Assembly (NCBI GenBank): GCA_016788315.1 | Contig: JAEUSG010000385.1 | Location: forward strand, 1 to 29,832 | Reading direction: 5' to 3' | Origin: Fibrobacterota bacterium | GTDB lineage: Bacteria; Fibrobacterota; OXYB2-FULL-49-7; JAEUSG01 | DNA length: 29,832 nt | Shown here: positions 1-8,389 of the stretch, in pieces | Numbering within the stretch: position 1 is the first letter of the stretch | How the letters are laid out: every line of letters starts with the position of its first letter | The notes under the pieces: model-generated | Databases searched by the model: none | Told to the model about the DNA's origin: nothing | What the model saw: only the letters and a program-made list of their open reading frames with translations | Program-made: the position numbers and the translations under genes

Positions 1-490
1 TTTATCTGCAGGAATAACCTCTGGTGTTGATCTCTTACGCGGATTAGGCGCTCTAACAAAAATGGAGATCCTCAAAATCCCCGGTGTTTCCGGCGGCCTT
101 GACAATAATTATGAAGCACAGATTAACGGAGCTCTAGCCACTTTAAAAACAAATGATGCCGTAATTATTCATGTTGAATCACCGGATGAATCGGGCCATC
201 TTGGCCTGTTTAATGAGAAAGTAAAGGCTATCGAAGCTATAGACTCCATAATGGTTTCACGTGTAATTTCTTTTGCTGAAAAAAATGAGATCAGATTGCT
301 CGTTTTGCCCGATCATCCTACTCCGGTAAAAATTAAAACACATACGGCTGAGCCTGTCCCCTACTGTTTATGGGGAAAAGGGGTTAATCATAATGGATTT
401 AAGGTCTACTCTGAGAATGAAGCTTTGAAGTCCCCCAATTTCTATGAGAGGGGTCATGAGTTAATGTCGCGCGTAACACAGTTAAAATAA
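1..490 (+). CDS. apgM: 2,3-bisphosphoglycerate-independent phosphoglycerate mutase, archaeal type (alkaline-phosphatase superfamily). This is the 3' portion; the gene is truncated at the window start.
   Basis: The frame is open from nt 2 with no upstream stop, so the M at 62 is internal. C-terminal motifs typical of archaeal-type iPGM are present: HVESPDESGH, LPDHPTPV and THTAEPVPY. The stop is at 488-490. Confidence 0.6.
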   Translation, partial: LSAGITSGVDLLRGLGALTKMEILKIPGVSGGLDNNYEAQINGALATLKTNDAVIIHVESPDESGHLGLFNEKVKAIEAIDSIMVSRVISFAEKNEIRLLVLPDHPTPVKIKTHTAEPVPYCLWGKGVNHNGFKVYSENEALKSPNFYERGHELMSRVTQLK

Positions 491-527
491 ATTATCTTCT
501 TTTTTTACGTAATTAATGGAGGTTTGA

Positions 528-1472
528 ATGAAAAAGATTTTCGTCGTTGTTTTGGCCATCGTTTTTACATTTACAGGTTGCAGCAAACTTGATAGAGCAA
601 AAAGAGCTTACAAAAAAGGTGATTATCAGACTACTATTGAGCTTCTTTCCAAATATATTAAAACAAATGCTTCAAATACCGAAGCTCAAAAATACCTACT
701 CTACGCACAGGGAGGAATTCTTGCAGACAGTGCTGCCTCTCTCTTAAAAGCAAACCGTCACGAAGAGGCGCTCTCATTTGCCGATCGTGCAATCAAGATA
801 AACGAGCAAAACGAAGATGCCAGAATTCTTATTGATGAAGCTCTTAAAGGTATCATTACTAAAATTGAACGAGATCTTGTTCCTAACAAAACATGGAGCG
901 GTGTGCTTAACATGACATCTGAAGTTATGAAATACCGCGCAGATGATCCAAGAATGAATTTACTTTACGCTCAAGCCGTTTACGAACTTGAAAATCAGAA
1001 AATGAGCTGGAAATCTATTCTTGCTATTAAAAAAGCTACAACCATCGTTAAAGATAATGAGCTTTTGAATTCTTTGATGGCTAAACAGGCTGTTGAAGAA
1101 AAACCGTTTGTAACAGCTTTTAACGCGCTACAGCAGGCCTTTATCCAGAAGAACTACAAAGTTTGGCGCGGATATGCAAGTGCACAATATCTTAAAGAGT
1201 GCGAAACTGATGTTGCCCGCCTCAAAGAGCGCGGCGATCCAAATATTAAAAATGTTGAAGATTTCTTCAAGTCAATCTCAGGAGATGCAGAAAAATATGG
1301 CAGCCCTGAAGGTCCTTCAATTGTTTGTGTAGAGGTTCTCTCTCCTACCCGTGCTTTCGTCCATTTTTCATATAATACACTTCCAAAGAATTTAAAAATG
1401 GAAGCATTCCTTAATGGGGCATCTGTTAAGTTCGATCGTGAACAGGATAGTGAAATAAAAGGTAATTTGTAA
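528..1472 (+). CDS. Hypothetical lipoprotein with a helical, TPR-like N-terminal region.
   Basis: There is a GGAGG Shine-Dalgarno sequence 7 nt upstream. The N-terminus MKKIFVVVLAIVFTFTGCS is a signal peptide with a Cys lipobox. The ORF is 314 aa with coding-like composition and no family I can name. Confidence 0.55.
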   Translation: MKKIFVVVLAIVFTFTGCSKLDRAKRAYKKGDYQTTIELLSKYIKTNASNTEAQKYLLYAQGGILADSAASLLKANRHEEALSFADRAIKINEQNEDARILIDEALKGIITKIERDLVPNKTWSGVLNMTSEVMKYRADDPRMNLLYAQAVYELENQKMSWKSILAIKKATTIVKDNELLNSLMAKQAVEEKPFVTAFNALQQAFIQKNYKVWRGYASAQYLKECETDVARLKERGDPNIKNVEDFFKSISGDAEKYGSPEGPSIVCVEVLSPTRAFVHFSYNTLPKNLKMEAFLNGASVKFDREQDSEIKGNL

Positions 1473-1498
1473 ATTATATTCAAATAGTTATAACTTTT

Positions 1499-1536
1499 CG
1501 GCCCGGTGCTTTTAATAAAAGCATCGGGTTTTTTGT
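1499..1536 (+). terminator. Rho-independent terminator downstream of the lipoprotein gene.
   Basis: The hairpin cggcccggtgctttt/aaaagcatcggg has one G-U wobble and is followed by TTTTTTG. Confidence 0.45.
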
Positions 1537-1597
1537 TTGCACCAAGTAAGATAACTGACAAGTTAATGATTTCTACGCTCAGTGACCGGCGATTGGT

Positions 1598-2779
1598 TTA
1601 CTTCGTTCCCTCAAGAACAAGTGTCAGCTTTACTTCCTTACCCTTCCTTATTACCGAAAGAACAACATCATCGCCAGGAAGAAACTGATTGAATATTTCA
1701 GAAATTGAAACCTGATCTGTAATTTCGCTGTTATTTGCTTTTATGATAACGTCTCCTACCTCAAGACCCGCGCGCTCTCCAGGGCTTTTCTTTTCTATGG
1801 AATTGATAATAACCCCGCGTGTAGATTTAAGTCCAAGGCTTGCCGCAATATAAGGAGTAAGATTCTGTATAGATATTCCTGTGTAAAAAGATCTGATCTT
1901 TCCATATTGAAGAATCTCTTTTAGTGTCTTCATGGCACGGCTTGCAGGAATTGCAAATCCAAGACCTATATTTCCCTGCCCGCTTGGCGAAATGATAAAG
2001 GTATTGATTCCGATAAGCTCTCCTAAGCAATTAATGAGTGCTCCCCCGCTGTTGCCCGGATTTATTGCTGCATCGGTCTGGATCATATTCCTGTACTGGA
2101 TTCCGCTCTCTCGAGTGAATTCTCTTCCATACGCGCTGATAACACCTGTTGTGACCGTAGGTCTGTTGTCTTTTATAAGTGCGCCGAAAGGATTTCCTAT
2201 TGCAACAGCCCATTCACCAATGTAAAGAGAATCGTTTGGAACTATCTTTATTGCAGGAAGTCCATTTTCTTCGATCTTGATAATTGCGAGATCCGTATAT
2301 TCATCAGCGCCCATAAGTTTTGCTTTGTACTGTCTGCCATCTGCCAAATGAACTTCGATATCAGAAGCATTTTCAACTACATGAAAGTTTGTTACTATGT
2401 GACCTTTTTCTGAAAGAATAACACCGGATCCCATAGAACGGTATTCGTTAACTGTTGGAGGAAAAAACTGTCTGAAAAATGGGTCGTCAAAAAACTGGTT
2501 GTTTACAATTTTTCTTTGTGTAACACCTATGAAAACCACAGACATTGATGCCTTATTTATCGCCTTAACCATGCTATTATTACGGCGGATATCTGACGAT
2601 TCGCTGAAACCGAAGTCTACTTGCTTATCAAGTTTACCATCTTTTTCATCTTGAGAAGCGTACGCACTTTTATCGGATTGCGACGACATTGTTTCACGTT
2701 TATCAAACAGGTTGAGCGTGCTTACAAAGTATCCGGCAGCAAATGCTGCGACTACAAATAAAAGTGTTCTGATTTTCAT
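1598..2779 (-). CDS. HtrA/DegP (Do) family periplasmic serine endopeptidase with a C-terminal PDZ domain.
   Basis: Trypsin-like catalytic motifs are present: TNFHVV (His), DLAIIKI (Asp) and GNSGGALIN (Ser). There is an N-terminal TM/signal segment and a C-terminal PDZ-like region. The start overlaps the bactofilin stop as TAATG. Confidence 0.85.
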   Translation of the reverse strand: MKIRTLLFVVAAFAAGYFVSTLNLFDKRETMSSQSDKSAYASQDEKDGKLDKQVDFGFSESSDIRRNNSMVKAINKASMSVVFIGVTQRKIVNNQFFDDPFFRQFFPPTVNEYRSMGSGVILSEKGHIVTNFHVVENASDIEVHLADGRQYKAKLMGADEYTDLAIIKIEENGLPAIKIVPNDSLYIGEWAVAIGNPFGALIKDNRPTVTTGVISAYGREFTRESGIQYRNMIQTDAAINPGNSGGALINCLGELIGINTFIISPSGQGNIGLGFAIPASRAMKTLKEILQYGKIRSFYTGISIQNLTPYIAASLGLKSTRGVIINSIEKKSPGERAGLEVGDVIIKANNSEITDQVSISEIFNQFLPGDDVVLSVIRKGKEVKLTLVLEGTK

Positions 2780-3108
2780 TACTCTTTAACCATGCTGCAG
2801 TTTCCTTTAAAAACTGCACCCTCATTAAGAATGAGATCTTTTGTATGAATATCGCCTGTAACCTGTGCGCTTTCGTCAAGCTCTATTTTTTCTTTTGCAG
2901 AGAGTTTTCCGGATACACGACCAGCTATTTTTGCATTGATTACTTCTACGTCTGCGTCGAGATGACCCTCTTTTTCAAGAATGAGATCCCCGTCAACAAC
3001 CACCCGCCCCTTTAATGTTCCCTCAACTTTGATGTTATGGTTTGTTGTAAGAACTCCGTCAAAAACGGTTCCTGCTCCTATGACTGTTCCCAGTATTTTA
3101 CTCTGCAT
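2779..3108 (-). CDS. Bactofilin (CcmA-like polymer-forming cytoskeletal protein).
   Basis: The 109-aa product has the beta-helical bactofilin repeat pattern (VxGxVxxxG...) typical of DUF583 bactofilins. It lies 2 nt downstream of parB. Confidence 0.75.
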   Translation of the reverse strand: MQSKILGTVIGAGTVFDGVLTTNHNIKVEGTLKGRVVVDGDLILEKEGHLDADVEVINAKIAGRVSGKLSAKEKIELDESAQVTGDIHTKDLILNEGAVFKGNCSMVKE

Positions 3109-3110
3109 AA

Positions 3111-4040
3111 TTAATCCTCAACTTTTTCCGGCGAAACAAAAAAGTCAGTTATTCTGTTAAGATCCGCCGTATCGGTATAATGGATAACAAGTTTGCCTTT
3201 GTCTTTATTACTGTTTTGTATTTCTATTTTTGTTCCGAACAGTTTTGTAAGTCTGTCTATAAGCTCCATCATGTCAGGATCAATATCTATGCTCTCTTTT
3301 TTCTTATCGGAGGGAGCCTTTGATTCTGAAACAAGTTTTTCAACCTGACGCACATTGAGATCTTCTGTTATTATTTTGTTAAGAAGCTTTGTCTGTGCTG
3401 TTTCATCGCCGGAAGCAAGGAGCGCTCTGGCATGACCCGAAGAAATTTTCTTTTCGCGTAAAGCTGTTTTTACATCGTCCGGCAGCTTTAAAAGGCGTAA
3501 AGTATTTGAAACAAATGAACGGCTCTTTCCTGTGTCTTCTGCAAGTTTTTCGTGAGTATAGTTATACTGAGCAACAAGCTCCTGATATCCGAGCGCTATT
3601 TCATAATCGTTGAGATCGCTGCGCATCTGGTTTTCAACCAATGCCAGAATCTGCATTTCTCTGTCTGAAACCTTATCGCGGATTACTGCAGGAATATCCT
3701 GCATGTTGAGAGCGCGGACCGCACGGAGTCTGCGTTCACCTGAAACAAGTTCGTAGCGTCCTTTTGATTTCCTGACAATTACTGGCTCAAGAACACCATG
3801 TTTAGCGATAGAATCTTTAAGTTCCTTAAGATCTTCTTCGTTGAACTCTTCGCGAGGCTGATAGGGATTGGCTTCAATCTCTGAAACGGGAAGGGTGAAG
3901 TATCCGCCGGTTTCGCGTGAAACTGTCTGCGACTGCGGTGGGAGAGGGCTCCGCTCCGTTTCGTGCATTTCTACCGCTTCTTCGGAGATAAGGGCTTTAA
4001 GCCCCCTGTGTAGCGCTAATCTCTTCTTTTTGTCCGTCAT
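3111..4040 (-). CDS. parB: Chromosome partitioning protein ParB/Spo0J.
   Basis: The N-terminus has the KKKRLALHRGLKALIS arginine-patch-like motif. A ParB-box/HTH region is present (GYQELVAQYNYTHEKLAEDTGKSRSFVSNTLRLLKLP). Its start overlaps the parA 3' end. Confidence 0.9.
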   Translation of the reverse strand: MTDKKKRLALHRGLKALISEEAVEMHETERSPLPPQSQTVSRETGGYFTLPVSEIEANPYQPREEFNEEDLKELKDSIAKHGVLEPVIVRKSKGRYELVSGERRLRAVRALNMQDIPAVIRDKVSDREMQILALVENQMRSDLNDYEIALGYQELVAQYNYTHEKLAEDTGKSRSFVSNTLRLLKLPDDVKTALREKKISSGHARALLASGDETAQTKLLNKIITEDLNVRQVEKLVSESKAPSDKKKESIDIDPDMMELIDRLTKLFGTKIEIQNSNKDKGKLVIHYTDTADLNRITDFFVSPEKVED

Positions 4041-4836
4041 CTGTTGCTGTCCTGTTTCTGTTTATGATTTCTTCGGCAAGCTGGAAATAGTCCTCTGCGC
4101 CCGATGAGACAATATCATAGGCAAGTATGGGTTCGCCCATGCTTGGAGCTTCCGAAAGTTTTACGTTACGTCGAACCGGTGTTGTGAAAACCTTTTCTTT
4201 GAAATAGTCGCGCACATCTTGAGCCACCTGTTTTGACAGGTTAAGACGCGCATCGTACATTGTCAATAAAGCCCCTTCAATCTGGAGCTGACTGTTAACT
4301 GTTTTCTGAACCGTTCTTACAGTTGAAAGAAGTTCTGCCAACCCCTCAAGAGCGAAAAACTCGCACTGAATTGGAATAAGAACAGAATCTGCAGCAGCGA
4401 GAGCATTAAGCGTCAGCAGGGAGAGGGAGGGGGGACAGTCGATTATTATGAAATCAAATCTGTTTTTTATCTTCTCCAAAGCCTGTTTCAGCTTATACTC
4501 TCGGGCGATCATTTTAAAAAGCTCATACTCAGCGCTGACAAGGTCATTGTTTGAAGGTATGATGTTTATATATTCGTTGACATTTGTATAAGAAGGTTTA
4601 ACGATGATTTGGTTGATTGTATCTTCGTCAAGTTCTTCTGTCAGAATAAAGTCATACACAGACTTTTCAACAGCCCGTTTATTAAGACCCATGCCGGTAG
4701 TTGCGTTTCCCTGAGAATCCATATCGATCAGGAGAGTGCGCTGCTCCAGCACAGAAAGTGAGGCTGCAAGATTTACGGATGTAGTTGTTTTTCCTACTCC
4801 GCCCTTTTGATTTACAACGGCAATTACTTTTCCCAT
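3997..4836 (-). CDS. parA: Chromosome partitioning ATPase ParA/Soj.
   Basis: The deviant Walker A motif KGGVGKTTTSVNLA is present, and the length and architecture are ParA-like. Confidence 0.9.
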   Translation of the reverse strand: MGKVIAVVNQKGGVGKTTTSVNLAASLSVLEQRTLLIDMDSQGNATTGMGLNKRAVEKSVYDFILTEELDEDTINQIIVKPSYTNVNEYINIIPSNNDLVSAEYELFKMIAREYKLKQALEKIKNRFDFIIIDCPPSLSLLTLNALAAADSVLIPIQCEFFALEGLAELLSTVRTVQKTVNSQLQIEGALLTMYDARLNLSKQVAQDVRDYFKEKVFTTPVRRNVKLSEAPSMGEPILAYDIVSSGAEDYFQLAEEIINRNRTATDDGQKEEISATQGA

Positions 4837-4873
4837 AGTAGATTTCTAATATATGTTATAGGGTGATTTAATT

Positions 4874-5458
4874 TCAAGAAATAATAAAAGAGGAGAGTGT
4901 TCTTTTCTGACCATTATCCAAGTTATAAACATAGTTATCCACATTTTTAACTTTTACTTTATGTTTTTTTTCTATTTCTTCTATCTCATTATTTAACAAT
5001 GTGTTAAACGTTATAACCTGACCCTCTTTTTTGAGTAATGATAAAGCGCTTTCAACAAATTGAACGTTTTCCTTAAAAGCCCGGGAAATTACGATATCTG
5101 CGAACTTTGAGAACTCGCCCATCTCTTTCTCAACCCTAACATTATGGACCTTAAGATTCTTTATTCCGCACTTACGGCAGACATGGTCAAGAAAGATTGT
5201 TCTTTTCTCTCTAGATTCAAATGCGTGAAATTGGCAGTCAGGTTTAGCAATAGAAAGCGGTATAACAGGAAATCCGTTTCCGCTGCCGATATCTGCTACA
5301 ATAGATTTTCCTGATATTTTAGAGGCGGCGGCAAGTGAATCCTGCAAGTGGCGCTCTTTGAGAAATGGGATATCGTTTCGGGAAACAAGGTTAACCCTGC
5401 TATTCCATTTTATGATCTCTTCGATATATACTTCAAATAAGGATTCAGCCTCTGCCAT
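4874..5458 (-). CDS. rsmG: 16S rRNA (guanine527-N7)-methyltransferase RsmG (GidB).
   Basis: The product shows GidB family similarity, including a SAM-binding GSGNGFP motif. It lies in the conserved gidA-gidB-parA-parB order. Confidence 0.85.
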   Translation of the reverse strand: MAEAESLFEVYIEEIIKWNSRVNLVSRNDIPFLKERHLQDSLAAASKISGKSIVADIGSGNGFPVIPLSIAKPDCQFHAFESREKRTIFLDHVCRKCGIKNLKVHNVRVEKEMGEFSKFADIVISRAFKENVQFVESALSLLKKEGQVITFNTLLNNEIEEIEKKHKVKVKNVDNYVYNLDNGQKRTLSSFIIS

Positions 5459-7298
5459 ATTTCACCATTATCATTAGTACCTGAATATCAGCAGGGGAGA
5501 TACCAGAAATTCTAGATGCCTGACCTAGTGTTGCAGGACGAATTTTTGTTAGTTTCTGCCTTGCTTCAAGAGAGAGATTGTGAACTGTGTTGTAATCTAT
5601 TTCAACCGGTATTTTAGCATTTTCCTGTTTTTCAAAATCTTCAGCCAATGCAATTTCTTTAAGAAGATAACCCTCATATTTTGTGAGGATCTCCATCCGC
5701 ATCCATTCCTCTTCAGAATAGGAAAACTCCTTTCCCAAAATTGGACGAAGGTCCTGATTTGTAATATCAGGTCTTTTTAATAGTGCAAAAGCCTTCACGC
5801 TCTCTTTGAGCTCTGAAAATCCTCTTTCCGCTAATAGAGGGTTTATCTTATCCATTGAAACCTTCTTATTCTTCAGACGCTCAACACCGGCATATATTCT
5901 CTCAATCTTTGCTGTTTGCTTTTCATAGAACCCTTTATCTATTAACCCAAGGTCATGACCTTTTTTCAGGAGCCTTTCATCAGCATTATCCTGCCTTAAT
6001 AAGAGCCTGAATTCTGCTCTGGAGGTAAACATTCTATATGGCTCTTCGGTCCCTTTTGTAACCAGGTCATCTATAAGTACACCGATATATGCCTCTGACC
6101 TTTTTAGTACTAACGGCTCCTTACCTAGTATTTTCAAACAGCAATTTATAGCAGCCATCAAACCCTGAGCAGCAGCCTCCTCATAACCGGAAGTACCATT
6201 TATCTGTCCGGCAAAATATAGGGAGGGAATAATCTTGGATTCAAGAGTTGCATTTAACTGAGTAGGGGGGAAGTAGTCATATTCAATAGCATACGCAGGG
6301 ACTGATATTTCACAGTTTTCAAGACCTGGAATTGTGCGGAGAAGTTTTTGCTGAAAATCTGCCGGGAAGCAGTTTGAAAAACCGTTAAGATAAATATCGG
6401 GTAGATTGTATCCTTCAGGCTCTATGAACAGCTGGTGAGACTCTTTATCAGCAAAATTTATAAGCTTTGTCTCAATTGATGGACAGTATCTAGGACCTGT
6501 AGATTTTATGATCCCGGAAGCCATAGGGGAGAGGGCAAAGTTTTCTCTAATGAGTTTATGAGTCTCTTCCGTAGTTCTGGTGATGTAGCAGGGGAGCTGT
6601 TTTCTGTTAATCTCTTCAGTTCTATAAGAGAAAGGAGATGGAGGAAAGTCCCCCTGCTGTTCTGAAAGTTTTGAACAATCTATAGAACTTTGTTTAATTC
6701 TCGCCGGAGTACCTGTTTTAAGCCTGGCAGTTCTAACTCCCTTTGAAACAATACTTTCTGTAAGTCCTGTACTGTTTTTTTCACCTATTCTACCCGCTGA
6801 AATCTGTTCATTACCAATGTGGATAAGTCCGTTCAAAAAAGTGCCGCAACAGAGAATAACCCCTTTTGCGCTGTATTCTGAGCCTTTTTCTGTTTTTACC
6901 CCTGTGCATAACCCGCTCTTTTCATATATCAAAGAATTTACAGAATCTTCAATTATTTCAATACCAGAAAGAGAAGAGGCATACTTTGAGGCCTCTATCA
7001 TATATTCATCTTTATCTATTTGAGCCCTCGGACCCCACACTGCAGGACCCTTACTTTTATTAAGCATTCTAAACTGAATACCTGTTTTATCTGTAAGAAT
7101 TGCCATAATTCCGCCAAGAGCATCTATTTCACGAACCATATGCCCTTTTGCCAGACCACCAATAGCAGGATTACAGGACATCTTAGAAATTGCACTTTTA
7201 TTATGAGTAATTAGTAGTCCGGAGAGAGAAAACTTTGAAACTATGGTAACCGCCTCTAAAGCTGCATGACCACCGCCTACTATAATGACATCAACCAT
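5445..7298 (-). CDS. mnmG: tRNA uridine-5-carboxymethylaminomethyl modification enzyme MnmG (GidA).
   Basis: The N-terminal FAD-binding motif [15 protein letters not shown] is present. The 617-aa product has GidA-family similarity throughout. Confidence 0.9.
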   Translation of the reverse strand: MVDVIIVGGGHAALEAVTIVSKFSLSGLLITHNKSAISKMSCNPAIGGLAKGHMVREIDALGGIMAILTDKTGIQFRMLNKSKGPAVWGPRAQIDKDEYMIEASKYASSLSGIEIIEDSVNSLIYEKSGLCTGVKTEKGSEYSAKGVILCCGTFLNGLIHIGNEQISAGRIGEKNSTGLTESIVSKGVRTARLKTGTPARIKQSSIDCSKLSEQQGDFPPSPFSYRTEEINRKQLPCYITRTTEETHKLIRENFALSPMASGIIKSTGPRYCPSIETKLINFADKESHQLFIEPEGYNLPDIYLNGFSNCFPADFQQKLLRTIPGLENCEISVPAYAIEYDYFPPTQLNATLESKIIPSLYFAGQINGTSGYEEAAAQGLMAAINCCLKILGKEPLVLKRSEAYIGVLIDDLVTKGTEEPYRMFTSRAEFRLLLRQDNADERLLKKGHDLGLIDKGFYEKQTAKIERIYAGVERLKNKKVSMDKINPLLAERGFSELKESVKAFALLKRPDITNQDLRPILGKEFSYSEEEWMRMEILTKYEGYLLKEIALAEDFEKQENAKIPVEIDYNTVHNLSLEARQKLTKIRPATLGQASRISGISPADIQVLMIMVKYGRG

Positions 7299-7309
7299 TT
7301 ACCGCCCAT

Positions 7310-7325
7310 TGTTTCACGTGAAACA
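7310..7325. promoter_or_regulatory. parS site (ParB-binding centromere). It is a perfect 16/16 match to the consensus TGTTTCACGTGAAACA.
   Basis: The sequence is tgtttcacgtgaaaca, a palindrome lying 12 nt upstream of the mnmG start codon. Confidence 0.8.
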
Positions 7326-7644
7326 TTCTATGTTTATGATCCTCTGTTATTTATCTGAAAAATACATTTTTTTGATATCTGTTATCGAGTGCTTAATTAT
7401 TGTTTTATCTGGCTTCGAGAGCCTCAGCCAGTTTTTTTCTTTTTGTCGGGCACTGAGCCTGTCGAAGTGCCGTTTTCCCAATATATACATCTGTTATCTC
7501 TAAGAAATCCTCTGGCTTCGACAAGCTCAGCCATCGGAGTAGTTATATTCTTTTTTACACTTTCTAGCACTTAAGGTCTCAAAGGGCCTGTTTCCTTATG
7601 CATATGCTGGCTTCGAGAGCCTCAGCCAACGGAAGAATTAAAAA

Positions 7645-7668
7645 GATCCATCTGTTATTTTTGTAAAA
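7645..7668 (+). repeat. 24-mer iteron-like motif, copy 1 (gatccatctgttatttttgtaaaa).
   Basis: This is a direct read. Related copies lie at 7754-7777, 7897-7920, 8038-8061, 8193-8216 and 8323-8346, with a degenerate copy at 7338-7362. Confidence 0.7.
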
Positions 7669-7692
7669 GATTGTTTTCTTCTCTCCCGTGCC

Positions 7693-7736
7693 CTGAGCGT
7701 AGCCGAAGGGCAATTTCTGGCTTCGGCTACGCTCAG
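7693..7736. repeat. Perfect 16-bp inverted repeat (stem-loop), built from two opposite-orientation copies of the 15-bp element.
   Basis: ctgagcgtagccgaag at 7693-7708 and cttcggctacgctcag at 7721-7736 are exact reverse complements, separated by a 12-nt spacer. Confidence 0.7.
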
Positions 7737-7753
7737 CCAGCGGGCATATTAAA

Positions 7754-7777
7754 GATCCATCTATTATTTCTGTAAAA
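7754..7777 (+). repeat. 24-mer motif, copy 2 (gatccatctattatttctgtaaaa).
   Basis: It matches copy 1 at 22 of 24 positions. Confidence 0.7.
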
Positions 7778-7896
7778 ACTTGTCTTTCTTTCGGGCCCTG
7801 AGGCTCTCGAAGAGCCAAATCCTCATTTTTTAGGATAGGTTTTAGTATCCCAAAATTTTTTATGCCTATTCTAGGGCTTCTTATGAGTTCAAAAAA

Positions 7897-7920
7897 GATC
7901 CCTCTGTTATTTTTGTAAAA
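7897..7920 (+). repeat. 24-mer motif, copy 3 (gatccctctgttatttttgtaaaa).
   Basis: It matches copy 1 at 23 of 24 positions. It is followed by a conserved tail, tattgcgtttttagcgtaatttcagc, shared with copy 6. Confidence 0.7.
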
Positions 7921-8037
7921 TATTGCGTTTTTAGCGTAATTTCAGCGTTTTATTATTTTAATATTTCTTCTTGTTCTTTTATTGATTTTCATTATTCCTT
8001 GCTGGCTTCGAGAACCTCAGCCAGCGGACAACATAAA

Positions 8038-8061
8038 TATCCATCTGTTATTCCTGTAAAA
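8038..8061 (+). repeat. 24-mer motif, copy 4 (tatccatctgttattcctgtaaaa).
   Basis: It matches copy 1 at 21 of 24 positions. Confidence 0.65.
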
Positions 8062-8192
8062 ACATGTCTTTCTCCCGGGCCCTGAGGTTCTCGAAGGGCC
8101 ATTTTCTGTTGGCTGAGCGTAGCCGAAACCAGTATTACTGGAAAAGATCTATTTGCTGGCTTCGAGAGCCTCAGACAGCTAAGAAGTAAAAA

Positions 8193-8216
8193 GATCCATC
8201 TGTTAATTTTGTAATA
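8193..8216 (+). repeat. 24-mer motif, copy 5 (gatccatctgttaattttgtaata).
   Basis: It matches copy 1 at 21 of 24 positions. Confidence 0.65.
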
Positions 8217-8322
8217 ATCAAAATTTGTCTTTCTTTAACTTTTATGAGCTCATTTTTCAAGATAGGTTTTGGTATCCCAAAACTTTTTAAGGCCATTCTA
8301 GGGCCTCTAATGAGGTCAAAAA

Positions 8323-8346
8323 GATCCATCTGTTATTTTTGTAAAA
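8323..8346 (+). repeat. 24-mer motif, copy 6 (gatccatctgttatttttgtaaaa).
   Basis: It is identical to copy 1. It is followed by the tail tattgcgtttttagcttaatttcagc, then parS site 2. Confidence 0.7.
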
Positions 8347-8389
8347 TATTGCGTTTTTAGCTTAATTTCAGCACTTTTTATTATCAATT

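Noticed and set aside
252-267. parS-like sequence tggtttcacgtgtaat inside apgM. A second half-site, tgtttcacgtttatca, lies at 2689-2704 inside htrA.
   Set aside because: Each has three mismatches to the 16-bp consensus, including positions in the right half-site. The perfect and 15/16 sites at 7310 and 8390 are far better. These may be weak secondary ParB sites but cannot be supported from sequence alone.
7651-7668. Bacteroidota-type -7 promoter element TAnnTTTG (TATTTTTG) inside every 24-mer copy, which would imply seven tandem promoters.
   Set aside because: No matching -33 TTTG is found at the right distance. This organism uses Shine-Dalgarno sequences and has TTGACA/TATAAT-like promoters elsewhere, for example at 27338, so reliance on the Bacteroidia sigma-A motif is unproven. 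I kept it only as a side note.
7285-7818. Small ORFs in the track inside the intergenic block (7285-7503 of 72 aa, 7389-7574 of 61 aa, 7579-7818 of 79 aa).
   Set aside because: They overlap the repeat modules and have low-complexity, hydrophobic, repeat-derived translations. There are no Shine-Dalgarno sequences and no conservation between the duplicated segments at the protein level. I judge them spurious.
7400-8350. Possible CRISPR array, because of many short repeats with intervening unique-looking sequence.
   Set aside because: The repeats occur in both orientations. Spacing is irregular (109-154 bp for the 24-mer, arbitrary for the 15-mer). Several different repeat families interleave. 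The 'spacers' are themselves repeated. No cas genes or leader are present. This is a mosaic palindromic/iteron-like array, not a CRISPR array.
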